From: a virus | Direction: 5' to 3' (one strand) | DNA: 64,000 nucleotides | Virus record (IMG/VR): IMGVR_UViG_3300017917_003607 | Coordinates: 47,692 to 111,691 of that record | Shown: one piece after another, positions 29,576 to 39,141 of the stretch | Position numbering within the stretch: position 1 is the stretch's first letter | How the letters are laid out: every line of letters begins with the position of its first letter | Notes under the pieces: model-generated | The model's input: only the letters and a program-made list of their open reading frames with translations | Told to the model about the DNA's origin: nothing | The model's database searches: none | Program-made: the position numbers and the translations under genes

Positions 29576-30210
29576 TAAGACAAGACGTTAATAGTTTGAA
29601 CATGTGGTTTGCAGATAGAGGTGACTACACCCATAATATAAACTACGAATTAAATGATGAATCTGTTATAATTGATTTAGGTGGGTATCATGGACTTTGG
29701 GTTGATGAAATTTTAAAAAAAATAAATCCTAATATTCCAAACATTTTATTAGTAGAGCCTGTACCTGAGTATTATAACTTTTTAGTTGATAAGTTTAAAA
29801 ACTACGAAAAAATTAAAGTTATTAACTTTGCGGTTTCAACCAATCAAAATGAAGAGATTAAAAAATTATTTTTATCAAATGACGGCTCATCAACAAATTT
29901 TAATATCAATTCAAGTACCTCAATTGAAATAAAAACCATACCTATTGACAAAATTCTTTCAGATAATAACCTTAATAAGGTAGATTTACTTCAAATCAAT
30001 ATTGAAGGAGATGAATACGGTTTAATGGAATATATGATAGAAACAAATTTAGTTAGTAGATTTAAAAACATACAAATACAATTTCATTTAGGGATTGAGA
30101 ACGATATTGCCAGAAGAAAAAATATTCATAGTGGTCTTTTATCGAAAGGTTTTAAAAATAAATTTGATTATCCATTTGTTTGGGAATCGTGGGAAAATTT
30201 TAATTTTTAA
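29572..30210 (+). CDS. FkbM-family methyltransferase
   Basis: IIDLGGYHG, VEP, VDLLQINIEGDEY, IQIQFH. Confidence 0.85.
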   Translation: MIRQDVNSLNMWFADRGDYTHNINYELNDESVIIDLGGYHGLWVDEILKKINPNIPNILLVEPVPEYYNFLVDKFKNYEKIKVINFAVSTNQNEEIKKLFLSNDGSSTNFNINSSTSIEIKTIPIDKILSDNNLNKVDLLQINIEGDEYGLMEYMIETNLVSRFKNIQIQFHLGIENDIARRKNIHSGLLSKGFKNKFDYPFVWESWENFNF

Positions 30211-30212
30211 TC

Positions 30213-31157
30213 ATGAATAAACTAAAGGTATCAATAAAAGGAACCAGTTCTTATTTACCACCCAAGGTAGTTACCAATTTAGATATTTCAAAAAAAATAG
30301 ATACCACAGACGAGTGGATTTATACTAAATTAGGTATAAAAGAAAGAAGAGTTGCTCAAAATGAAAGTGTTTCAGATATGGGGTACAAATCGGCTTTATC
30401 GGCACTTTCAGACGCTAATTTAGATAAAAATGATATTGATATGATTATTGTCGCAACTTCAAGTCCTGATAAAATATCACCATCTGTTGCATGTACAATA
30501 CACGAAAAACTTAAACTCAATAAAAAAATACCAGCTTTTGATATAAACGCTGTGTGTTCTGGGTTTGTGTACGCACTAACGGTTGCCTCATCAATGATAG
30601 GTAGTAATATTTGTGATACAGTACTTGTAATTGCAACAGAAGCTTATTCAAAAAACACCAATTGGGAAGATAGACATTCCGTTTTTTTCGGTGATGGAGC
30701 GGGTGCGGTTATTTTGGGAAAATCAAAAGATGGTTGGGTTCACAGTGAGATATTAGCCGACGGTTCAGGTACTGGAATGACAGGGTTTCAACAACCATTA
30801 GACCAACCATTTATTATGAATGCTAAAGAAGTTTGGAATCAAGCAGTTTCTGTTTTACCCGATTCAATAAATAAAGTTTTATCGGATACAAATACAAACG
30901 TTAATGACATAAAAATGTTAATACCCCACCAACCAAGTATTAACATTTTAAAAATTATCGCTAAAGAAGTTGGACTACCAATGAGTAAAGTTAAAACAGT
31001 TATGGATAGATATGGTAATATTGCGGGTGCATCAATACCAATCGCACTACATGAGGCAATAATCAATAAAGAAATAACAAAAGGTGATAAAATATTATTC
31101 ACCGCAATAGGTTCTGGTTGGACTTGGGGAACTATTTTAATGAATTATGATAACTAA
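30213..31157 (+). CDS. fabH: 3-oxoacyl-ACP synthase III (KAS III)
   Basis: GIKERR, AFDINAVCSGF (catalytic Cys), FGDGAGA, PHQPS (His), YGNIAGASIP (Asn), GSGWTWG. Confidence 0.93.
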   Translation: MNKLKVSIKGTSSYLPPKVVTNLDISKKIDTTDEWIYTKLGIKERRVAQNESVSDMGYKSALSALSDANLDKNDIDMIIVATSSPDKISPSVACTIHEKLKLNKKIPAFDINAVCSGFVYALTVASSMIGSNICDTVLVIATEAYSKNTNWEDRHSVFFGDGAGAVILGKSKDGWVHSEILADGSGTGMTGFQQPLDQPFIMNAKEVWNQAVSVLPDSINKVLSDTNTNVNDIKMLIPHQPSINILKIIAKEVGLPMSKVKTVMDRYGNIAGASIPIALHEAIINKEITKGDKILFTAIGSGWTWGTILMNYDN

Positions 31158-31698
31158 TATGGAAAATAAAAAAAATTTTAAAAAAATTGGTGATGATGTT
31201 AGAGTTAATGAATTGGCAATAATATCAAGACCAGAATTGGTAGAAATTGGTGACCACGTATCTATAGATATGTGGACATATATATCAACACAAGCGAGTT
31301 TAGGTAGTTACATTCACATAGCACCTAGTGTATCAATAATAGGAGGAGCTCCAGCATCAATTATAATGGAGGATTTCACAAATATTGGTTCAGGAAGTAG
31401 AATAGTATGTGCTAGTGACGATTTTATGCAAGGTCTTATTTCACCTGTTGTACCAATAGAACACAGAACAGTAATTAATAAACCTGTAACCTTTAAAAGG
31501 TATTCAACCCTGGGGGTTAACTGTACTGTACTACCAGGTGTTACTTTAGCCGAAGGTTCTATAGTAGGAGCGAATTCTGTTGTAACTAAAGACACAGAAC
31601 CGTGGACTGTATACGCTGGTTCACCAGCAAAACCAATTAAGAAAAGAGATTCTAAAAGAATATTAGAAAGTGCTAAAAAACTTATGAATTATGAATAA
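31147..31698 (+). CDS. Hexapeptide-repeat (LbH) O/N-acyltransferase
   Basis: IGDHVSID, LGSYIHIA, LGVNCTVLPGVTLAEGSIVGANSVVTKD, YAGSPAKPIK. Confidence 0.9.
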   Translation: MITNMENKKNFKKIGDDVRVNELAIISRPELVEIGDHVSIDMWTYISTQASLGSYIHIAPSVSIIGGAPASIIMEDFTNIGSGSRIVCASDDFMQGLISPVVPIEHRTVINKPVTFKRYSTLGVNCTVLPGVTLAEGSIVGANSVVTKDTEPWTVYAGSPAKPIKKRDSKRILESAKKLMNYE

Positions 31699-32599
31699 TT
31701 TTAAAAAAACTAAAGACTCATTAGATATCCCTTGGATTGAGTCCCCATTTTTCGAAGACCTATTAAACGAATCTGATTTATCGGATGAACAAAAAGAAAA
31801 CTGCAGATTTTTTAACCAAAATGGTTATTTAGTGATTGATTTGTCTCTTACCGACCAAGAAATTAACTCAGTGGTTAATGACATGTATAACGCACTCCAA
31901 AATGAAAACACCACATACCACGCAGACCATTTTCAATATACGGAAAGTAAAAGAATTTTTGAACACTGGAAAAAAAGTGATTCTATTGCAAAACTAACTG
32001 TACATCCAAATATATTAAACACGTTAAGCTATCTATACGGAAAAAAACCATTTCCGTTTTCAACAATTAATTTTATAAAAGGTAGTAATCAACCACTTCA
32101 CAGTGATACAATACATTTTCATACTATACCACATTTATGGATGGTTGGTGTTTGGATTGCATTGGAAGATGTTGATGAAACAAACGGCACTCTTAGAGTA
32201 GTACCAGGTAGTCATAAGTGGCCTGTATATGAATATCACAATCTAAACTTACCTCATCCTGATACGATAGTTGATGGTGAGGCAAATAATTATAAGATAT
32301 ATGAGGATTTTTTAGTTGAACTTGTAAGAAGTAAAAAAGCATCGGAAAAAAATGTAAAATTAAAAAAAGGTCAAGCACTTATATGGGCGGCAAATATGCT
32401 ACACGGAGGTTGTAATGTTGATGGTGTTACTGACTTTGACAAAACAAGGTTAACACAGGCAAATCATTACTTTTTTGAGGGCTGCACAAAACACTACCAT
32501 CCCATGTTTTCAAGACCATTAGATGGTCAATACGCACTTAAATGGTGTGACGATAAAAATAACATTCAAACATACTTAGACAATAAAAATGAATTTTGA
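31691..32599 (+). CDS. PhyH-like Fe(II)/2-oxoglutarate dioxygenase
   Basis: NGYLVI, QPLHSD (HxD), WIALEDV...NGTLRVVPGSH, LHGG, R.T. Confidence 0.9.
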   Translation: MNNFKKTKDSLDIPWIESPFFEDLLNESDLSDEQKENCRFFNQNGYLVIDLSLTDQEINSVVNDMYNALQNENTTYHADHFQYTESKRIFEHWKKSDSIAKLTVHPNILNTLSYLYGKKPFPFSTINFIKGSNQPLHSDTIHFHTIPHLWMVGVWIALEDVDETNGTLRVVPGSHKWPVYEYHNLNLPHPDTIVDGEANNYKIYEDFLVELVRSKKASEKNVKLKKGQALIWAANMLHGGCNVDGVTDFDKTRLTQANHYFFEGCTKHYHPMFSRPLDGQYALKWCDDKNNIQTYLDNKNEF

Positions 32600-33188
32600 G
32601 GTAGTATCTGTTTTTGAAAAAAATATTGCGGATTTTTTTGGTTCTAAGTTTGCGGTTGCCGTAGATAGTTGTACTCACGGATTAGAATTGTGTTTAAGAT
32701 ACACCAAAGAATCAAAAATAAACGTACCAAAAAGAACTTATTTGTCGGTTCCATTTTTGGCCGAAAAACTAGGGATTGATAGAGAATGGAGAGATGACGA
32801 TTGGGAAAAATATTACACAATTAATTATGGTAATAAAAGAATTATCGATGCTGCTGTATTATGGGAAAAAAATAGTTATATTCCTAATACCTTTATGTGT
32901 GTCAGTTTTCAATATCAGAAACATCTTTCATTGGGTAGAGGAGGTGTAATTTTAATGGATAATGAATCTGATTATGTTTCACTAAAAAAAATGTCCTATG
33001 ACGGAAGACTACCTAATATGCCTTGGAGAGACCAAAATATTGATACTGTTGGTTTTCACTATTATATGACACCTGAAACTGCGCAGTTAGGATTAAATAA
33101 ACTACAGGCGGCTATAGATACACAACCAAGAAAATGGGTTGTTACTGACTGGCCTGATTTAACAGAAATGCAAATCTTTAAAAAATAA
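32589..33188 (+). CDS. Short DegT/DnrJ/EryC1/StrS PLP-dependent sugar aminotransferase
   Basis: AVAVDSCTHGLEL, IIDAA, SFQYQKHLSLGRGG (PLP Lys), GFHYYMTPETA; only 199 aa. Confidence 0.8.
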   Translation: MNFEVVSVFEKNIADFFGSKFAVAVDSCTHGLELCLRYTKESKINVPKRTYLSVPFLAEKLGIDREWRDDDWEKYYTINYGNKRIIDAAVLWEKNSYIPNTFMCVSFQYQKHLSLGRGGVILMDNESDYVSLKKMSYDGRLPNMPWRDQNIDTVGFHYYMTPETAQLGLNKLQAAIDTQPRKWVVTDWPDLTEMQIFKK

Positions 33189-33189
33189 A

Positions 33190-34185
33190 ATGAAAAAGGC
33201 GTTTATTACAGGTATTAATGGTCAGGACGGTTCATACTTGTCAGAATATTTATTGTCCTTGGGTTATGAAGTTCACGGTATTGTTAGAAGAAATTCAGTA
33301 CCTGAACATCAACAAAGTCGTATTGAAACCATAAAAGATAGGATGTACGTTTATTATGGTGATGTGTTAGACCAAACAAATTTACAAAAATTATTGGATA
33401 AGATACAACCAGACGAGATTTATAACTTAGCAGCACAGAGTCATGTTAGAATTAGTTTTGACATACCTGAATTTACACTACAAACTAATGCTAATGGTGT
33501 TTTAAATATGTTAGAGGCGTATAGAAGAAGTTGCCCAAACGCAAAATTTTATCAAGCGTCTTCATCTGAAATGTTTGGAAATTCTGTAGACGAAGACGGA
33601 TTCCAAAGAGAAACTACCCCGATGACACCAGTCTCTCCATACGGTTGTTCTAAATTGTGCGGTTATTCATTGGTTAGAAATTATAGAAGAGCTTACGGAC
33701 TACATGCGGTAAACGGGATTTTATTTAACCATGAATCACCAAGAAGGGGTTCCAATTTTATAACTAATAAAGTAATTAAAACTGCGGTTGAGATAAAACA
33801 CGGATTAAAAGATAAATTAGTTGTTGGTAATATGGATTCTTTCAGGGATTGGGGACACTCTAAAGATTATGTTAAGGCAATGCATTTAATGTTAAATCAA
33901 GAAACACCAGACGATTTTGTAATATCAACAATGATTACTCACTCGGTTAGAGAAATGATTGATTATGTTTTTACAAAATTAGGTTTAGATTATAGAGAAT
34001 ATGTTCATCAAGACAAAGAATTTATGAGACCTGAAGAATTAAAATATCTTAAAGGAGATTCAACAAAGGCAAGAAAAATATTAGGTTGGCAACCAGAATA
34101 TTCGTTTGAGGATTTAATGGATGAAATGATTGAACATTGGGAAAAACAGGTAAAAATTAACAAAATAATATCTGAAAAACTTTGA
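33190..34185 (+). CDS. gmd: GDP-mannose 4,6-dehydratase
   Basis: ITGINGQDGSYL, YNLAAQSHV, YQASSSEMFG, SPYGCSK, FNHESPRRG, RDWGH. Confidence 0.96.
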   Translation: MKKAFITGINGQDGSYLSEYLLSLGYEVHGIVRRNSVPEHQQSRIETIKDRMYVYYGDVLDQTNLQKLLDKIQPDEIYNLAAQSHVRISFDIPEFTLQTNANGVLNMLEAYRRSCPNAKFYQASSSEMFGNSVDEDGFQRETTPMTPVSPYGCSKLCGYSLVRNYRRAYGLHAVNGILFNHESPRRGSNFITNKVIKTAVEIKHGLKDKLVVGNMDSFRDWGHSKDYVKAMHLMLNQETPDDFVISTMITHSVREMIDYVFTKLGLDYREYVHQDKEFMRPEELKYLKGDSTKARKILGWQPEYSFEDLMDEMIEHWEKQVKINKIISEKL

Positions 34186-34198
34186 TAAAATTAAAATA

Positions 34199-34801
34199 AT
34201 GAAATTTTCACAATACAACGAAGACTCTATATTGGAGTCATTTTTTAAAGGTAGGAAAGGTTTTTTAGTTGATGTTGGAGCCGCGGATGGAGTTTTAAAT
34301 TCAAACTCAAGAAAGTTAATACTTGAGGGTTGGTCCGCTGTTTTAGTTGAACCAAATAATAAAAATTTTATAAAATCATTAAGTCTTTATGAAAATAATC
34401 CTGAGGTTTCAGTTTTTAATTTAGGTTGTTCAAATAATAGCAATGATGATGTTATTTTTTATATTGACAAAAATAATCAATATGAACAATTATCAACTTT
34501 TAGTAAAGAACAAATGGAGTGGTGTAAAAACTACTTTAAATGTGATTTTGTTGAGGAAAAAGTAAAAGTTGTGAAAACATCAGAATTTTTTGAGTCATTA
34601 AAAATACAAAACATAGATTTTCTAAGTGTTGATACTGAAAGTTATGATTTTAACGTAATCGATGGAATTGATTTTGAGAAAACAAATATTGAACTTATCT
34701 GTGTCGAACATGTAAATGAAGAATTAATTAATTTATTAGAAAAGAATGGATATGTTATTGAATGTCAAGATGTTGGTAACACATTTTTCAAAAAAATATG
34801 A
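34199..34801 (+). CDS. FkbM-family methyltransferase
   Basis: SQYNED, VDVGAADG...SNS, GWSAVLVEP, IDFLSVDTE. Confidence 0.88.
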   Translation: MKFSQYNEDSILESFFKGRKGFLVDVGAADGVLNSNSRKLILEGWSAVLVEPNNKNFIKSLSLYENNPEVSVFNLGCSNNSNDDVIFYIDKNNQYEQLSTFSKEQMEWCKNYFKCDFVEEKVKVVKTSEFFESLKIQNIDFLSVDTESYDFNVIDGIDFEKTNIELICVEHVNEELINLLEKNGYVIECQDVGNTFFKKI

Positions 34802-35658
34802 AATTATTAATAATACAAGAAAACGGTAGACATTTAGAAAATAGAAACTACAGAGAGTGTTTTAATTTGCAAAGGGCTCTTCATCGAAAAAATATAGATG
34901 TAGTAGTTTGGGGTTTAGGTCATGATAACTTTAAACAGCCATTTAACGATATTATTAAAGACATAGACGTGATTATTCTTTTAGAAAATTATGAATCAAA
35001 TGGATGGTTACCTGATTTGAGTGGTATTAAAAAATTAAAAATATTTTGGAGTATAGATTCTCATTTAGTATTAATGAGTCATTTATCAACTGTGGTCAAA
35101 AACAAAATAGACATAGTGTTAAACTCAATCGAGTCTCACCAAATGTATTTTAAACAAAGTAAAACTTTTTATTTTCCAAACGCATACCCATCAGATTTAA
35201 TTTACCCCAAAGAAAACGTAGAAAAAAATATTTTTTTAGGTTTTTGTGGTTCTTTACTAAATCGCTCTGAAATTTTAGATAAATTAGAAAACAAATTTTC
35301 ACTTAAAAAAGACATATGGAAATTAGGTGATGAGATGGTTAAAACAATCAGCGGATATAAAATACACTTTAACAAAACTCTTTCAAACGACATTAACTAT
35401 AGGATTTTTGAAACAATGGGATGTAATACCTTGACATTAACTAACAAAACAGAAAATATAAACACATTTTTTAAAGACATGGAAAACATAGTAATTTATA
35501 ATAGTGAAAACGAACTGTTTGAAAAACTTAATTTTTTATCGTCTAACGATTCTCTAATAAGTCAGATTAGTAATTCAGGTTTTGAATTGGTTAAAAACAA
35601 TCACACTTATGATAATCGTGTGGACGTTTTACTTAAAATTATTAAAGATTACTTTTAA
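34798..35658 (+). CDS. CgeB/YkvP-like GT-B glycosyltransferase
   Basis: WSIDSH, FPNAY, GFCGS, KIHFN...NYRIFETMGC, NHTYDNR. Confidence 0.8.
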   Translation: MKLLIIQENGRHLENRNYRECFNLQRALHRKNIDVVVWGLGHDNFKQPFNDIIKDIDVIILLENYESNGWLPDLSGIKKLKIFWSIDSHLVLMSHLSTVVKNKIDIVLNSIESHQMYFKQSKTFYFPNAYPSDLIYPKENVEKNIFLGFCGSLLNRSEILDKLENKFSLKKDIWKLGDEMVKTISGYKIHFNKTLSNDINYRIFETMGCNTLTLTNKTENINTFFKDMENIVIYNSENELFEKLNFLSSNDSLISQISNSGFELVKNNHTYDNRVDVLLKIIKDYF

Positions 35659-35667
35659 TATTAAAAT

Positions 35668-36417
35668 ATGGATAATAGAAAAATCAGAAAGAAGAGTACT
35701 TCATTAAGTGGAGAAACTCAACCACAATTTAAATCAAAAAAAGAAATAATTGCGCAATTTATAAAAAAACAAACCAAAGAGAAATTTTTGACTGAAAATC
35801 AAAAACACTATTATAACATTTTAAAAGATAATCAAATTACAATATGTTCAGGACCTGCGGGTGTTGGTAAATCATATATTGCAATGAAGGCTGCGGTTGA
35901 TTTACTTCAGGACCCAAGTAACTCTTATGAAAAAATTATGATTGTTAGACCCGCGGTTGAGGCTGAAGAAAAACTTGGTTCATTACCTGGTGCTTTGGAA
36001 GAAAAATTAGACCCATATATAAGCCCTTCATATTACTTATTAAATAAATTAATAGGTAAGGAAAATAGAGAAAAATTAATCGAGTTGGATTTTATCGAAG
36101 TACAGGCATTGGCGTATATACGTGGGTGGAATATCGATAATACTATTTTGATATTTGAAGAAGCCCAAAACAGTACTCCAAAACAAATGAAGTTATTATT
36201 AACTAGAATTGGGTTTAATAGTAAATTTTTCATTTCAGGTGATTTAGAACAAACTGACAGATATAAAGATAAGACACAATCAGGTCTTTGGGATGCAATA
36301 AATAAATTCAGAGATATGGAAGATATTGGTGTTTTTGAATTTAATGAAAAAGACATAGTAAGGAATCCATTAATTACAAAAATCTTAAAAAGATACGAAG
36401 ATGAAGTTCGCTTTTGA
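35668..36417 (+). CDS. phoH: PhoH-family ATPase
   Basis: GPAGVGKS, RPAVEAEEKLGSLPG, LAYIRG, EEAQN, LTRIG, GDLEQTD, DIVRN. Confidence 0.95.
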   Translation: MDNRKIRKKSTSLSGETQPQFKSKKEIIAQFIKKQTKEKFLTENQKHYYNILKDNQITICSGPAGVGKSYIAMKAAVDLLQDPSNSYEKIMIVRPAVEAEEKLGSLPGALEEKLDPYISPSYYLLNKLIGKENREKLIELDFIEVQALAYIRGWNIDNTILIFEEAQNSTPKQMKLLLTRIGFNSKFFISGDLEQTDRYKDKTQSGLWDAINKFRDMEDIGVFEFNEKDIVRNPLITKILKRYEDEVRF

Positions 36418-37024
36418 TACTGACGAAGTTTTAAGAGACACATTATCAAAAATGAAAGCAACTTATGAAAAGTTCTTTATTGAGGACTATGTGTCTGAGG
36501 AGGGTGAAGAAGAATTTGAATACAAAATAATTGAACCCATAACAACACATAAATTTTCAGATTACTTCCTATTCCCGTCTGAAAGTGAATATATAAATTT
36601 TTTATATTTGGATTTTCCAATGAACATTTTTGGTCACTCACCATCAATGTCCGCAAATACTTTTAATACTTTTTCTGAGATACAAAAAAAAGTATTATCT
36701 AAAAGAGACAAGTTGAGTGTTATTGGTATGGGAGTTGCTAAAATAAAACCAGCATCATTATTTTTTTATTCAAAATACGGAATGGAAGTAGATAATATAC
36801 TATTCTATAATAAAAAAACAATAAAAAATATATGGTCAAAATTTGATGTTATTGTTACTGCAAATCCTGATTTGCTTAAAATCAAACCAAAAAATAAAAT
36901 AAGTATCAAAGTTTTAACTTCCTATAATGCAGAGTATGACTCTGATTTTACAATAGATTCATTGGAAGGTTTTACTTCGGTATATAATGAATTAAAATTA
37001 AAACATGTTAAAAGTATTAGGTGA
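36401..37024 (+). CDS. HAD-like 5'(3')-deoxyribonucleotidase-family protein (divergent)
   Basis: FAFDTDEVLRD motif I; later motifs are degenerate. Confidence 0.55.
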   Translation: MKFAFDTDEVLRDTLSKMKATYEKFFIEDYVSEEGEEEFEYKIIEPITTHKFSDYFLFPSESEYINFLYLDFPMNIFGHSPSMSANTFNTFSEIQKKVLSKRDKLSVIGMGVAKIKPASLFFYSKYGMEVDNILFYNKKTIKNIWSKFDVIVTANPDLLKIKPKNKISIKVLTSYNAEYDSDFTIDSLEGFTSVYNELKLKHVKSIR

Positions 37025-37271
37025 AGAATATTTCGTTGATTTTCAAAAAATCGAGGATTTGATTACAATTAAGCAAGAATTAACAGGTGATACTGAACAA
37101 AACGTTAGTATAGTAAAATTTGAACTAATTAAAACTATGTTAGACGTGGTATTAACTGAATCAACAGAATTAGATGAAAAGATGTCCATGAAAGGTAGTA
37201 ACGATTTAACAATACCATTCAAGATTGCATTTAACACTTTAATCAGATATAACATATTACAATCTTTTTAA
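37005..37271 (+). CDS. Hypothetical protein
   Basis: 88-aa ORF in operon; FKIAFNTLIRYNIL C-terminus. Confidence 0.7.
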   Translation: MLKVLGEEYFVDFQKIEDLITIKQELTGDTEQNVSIVKFELIKTMLDVVLTESTELDEKMSMKGSNDLTIPFKIAFNTLIRYNILQSF

Positions 37272-37273
37272 TT

Positions 37274-38329
37274 ATGAGTACAGAACTTATCCCAAAAATT
37301 CAAGAATCAATTGAGAAACTAAAAAATAAAGAATGTAGAATTTATTTTTTAGTACAAGACACTAAAGGAAACGCTAAAGCTTCCGTAAGATTCATTTATG
37401 AAATCGCATATACATTGAGACAAAATGGTTTCAATAGTATTATTATGCATGAACAAAATGACTACAAAGGGGTATCGTCTTGGTTAAACGAAAAATACAT
37501 GACAATACCACATAAATCTATTGAAGAGCAGAGTTTGGAGCTTTCTCCTGAAGATTTTTTAGTCATACCTGAACTATATGGACACGTAATGGAACAAGTT
37601 GCAAAGTTCCCTTGTGGAAAAATAGTAATATCACAGAGCTATGATTATATATTAGAAACTTTGTCTCCTGGGGCAACATGGACACAGTATGGATTTTTCA
37701 AATGTATCACAACAAGCGAAGAACAAAAAAATTATTTGGAGCAGATTATGAAAAACGTTTCTTTTGATATTCTTACACCACAAATTAGCGAGTCTTTCAA
37801 AGAGAAAAAACTTCCACCAAAACCAATTATTTCAGTTCACACAAGAGACCAAAGAGATACCATGAAAATAATAAAAACTTTCTATTTAAAATATCCACAA
37901 TATAGATGGTTCACATTTAGAGACATGAGAGGATTGACAGAGTCTGAATTTGCAGAATTGTTAAAAGATTCGTTTGTTTCTGTTTGGGTAGATGATATAT
38001 CGTCGTTTGGTACCTTTCCCTTAGAAAGTATGAAAACAAAAACACCTGTGATAGGTAAAATCCCAAATGTAAAACCTGCTTGGATGAACGACCAAAATGG
38101 TATTTGGGTTAATGACACTTTATTAATTGTTGATGTTTTGGCTGAATTTATACAAAATTGGCTCGAAGATAATATTTCAGACCAACTGTACGACTCATCT
38201 TTGGAAACCGCAAAAAAATATTCCGATATTGAATTATTTGAAAAGGAAACTATTGAATTGTTTTCTGAATTTATAAACAAAAGACTCTCAAACTTTGATG
38301 AGCAATTACAAAAATTACAATCTAATTAA
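37274..38329 (+). CDS. GT-B fold glycosyltransferase
   Basis: DFLVIPE, VWVDDISSFGTFPLESMKTKTPVIG (E-x7-E-like nucleotide-sugar binding region). Confidence 0.75.
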   Translation: MSTELIPKIQESIEKLKNKECRIYFLVQDTKGNAKASVRFIYEIAYTLRQNGFNSIIMHEQNDYKGVSSWLNEKYMTIPHKSIEEQSLELSPEDFLVIPELYGHVMEQVAKFPCGKIVISQSYDYILETLSPGATWTQYGFFKCITTSEEQKNYLEQIMKNVSFDILTPQISESFKEKKLPPKPIISVHTRDQRDTMKIIKTFYLKYPQYRWFTFRDMRGLTESEFAELLKDSFVSVWVDDISSFGTFPLESMKTKTPVIGKIPNVKPAWMNDQNGIWVNDTLLIVDVLAEFIQNWLEDNISDQLYDSSLETAKKYSDIELFEKETIELFSEFINKRLSNFDEQLQKLQSN

Positions 38330-38331
38330 TT

Positions 38332-39141
38332 ATGGAAAATAATGTTAACATATCAGTAATCCTCCCTATTTCTTCAGCGTATGGGAAAGATTTCGACGAA
38401 CTTTTTGATAAAGCAATTGAATCACTAAAAAAACAATCTGTGGGTATTGGTGAATTAGTTATAGTTCATACAGACGAAGAAAAACTTTGTAAAAAGTTAG
38501 AAACATACAATTTTGAAAACTTGAATGTCACCAAAATATTAAACACAACAACCGAATTTGATTATGCAAGTCAAATTAATCTTGGTGTAAAAAACGCTAA
38601 AAATGATTGGGTTAGTTTTTTTGAGTATGATGATGAATATTCATTTATTTGGTTTAAAAATGTTAAAGAATATATTGATTATCATCCCGAATGTGACGGA
38701 TTCTTACCAATCGTGGTGGATGTAGATGAAAAAGGTATATTTGCAGGATATACTAACGAAGCTACCTTTGCAGCATCTTTTAACTCAGAATTGGGAATTC
38801 TTACTAATGACCTTTTAAATACATACCAAAACTTTCAGTCAAGTGGTATGGTTATTAAGAAAAGTGTTATTGAAAATTTTGGCGGTTTTAAAAAATCTAT
38901 GAAACTTACTTTTGTGTATGAGTTTTTATTAAGAGTCACTTATAATTCGGTTAGAATAATGACTATTCCAAGATTAGGTTACAAACACATCAATATGAGA
39001 GAGTCTTCTATTTTTTGGAACTATAAAAACGGAAAAACTCCAATGACAGACAACGAAGTGAAATTTTGGATTGAGACCGCAAAAAAAGAATACTTTTTTA
39101 ACTCGGACAGAAATATAAAATATGAAACAAGTAACTCTTGA
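38332..39141 (+). CDS. GT2-like glycosyltransferase
   Basis: ISVILP, QINLGVK, VSFFEYDD, GGFK, YEFLLR. Confidence 0.8.
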   Translation: MENNVNISVILPISSAYGKDFDELFDKAIESLKKQSVGIGELVIVHTDEEKLCKKLETYNFENLNVTKILNTTTEFDYASQINLGVKNAKNDWVSFFEYDDEYSFIWFKNVKEYIDYHPECDGFLPIVVDVDEKGIFAGYTNEATFAASFNSELGILTNDLLNTYQNFQSSGMVIKKSVIENFGGFKKSMKLTFVYEFLLRVTYNSVRIMTIPRLGYKHINMRESSIFWNYKNGKTPMTDNEVKFWIETAKKEYFFNSDRNIKYETSNS

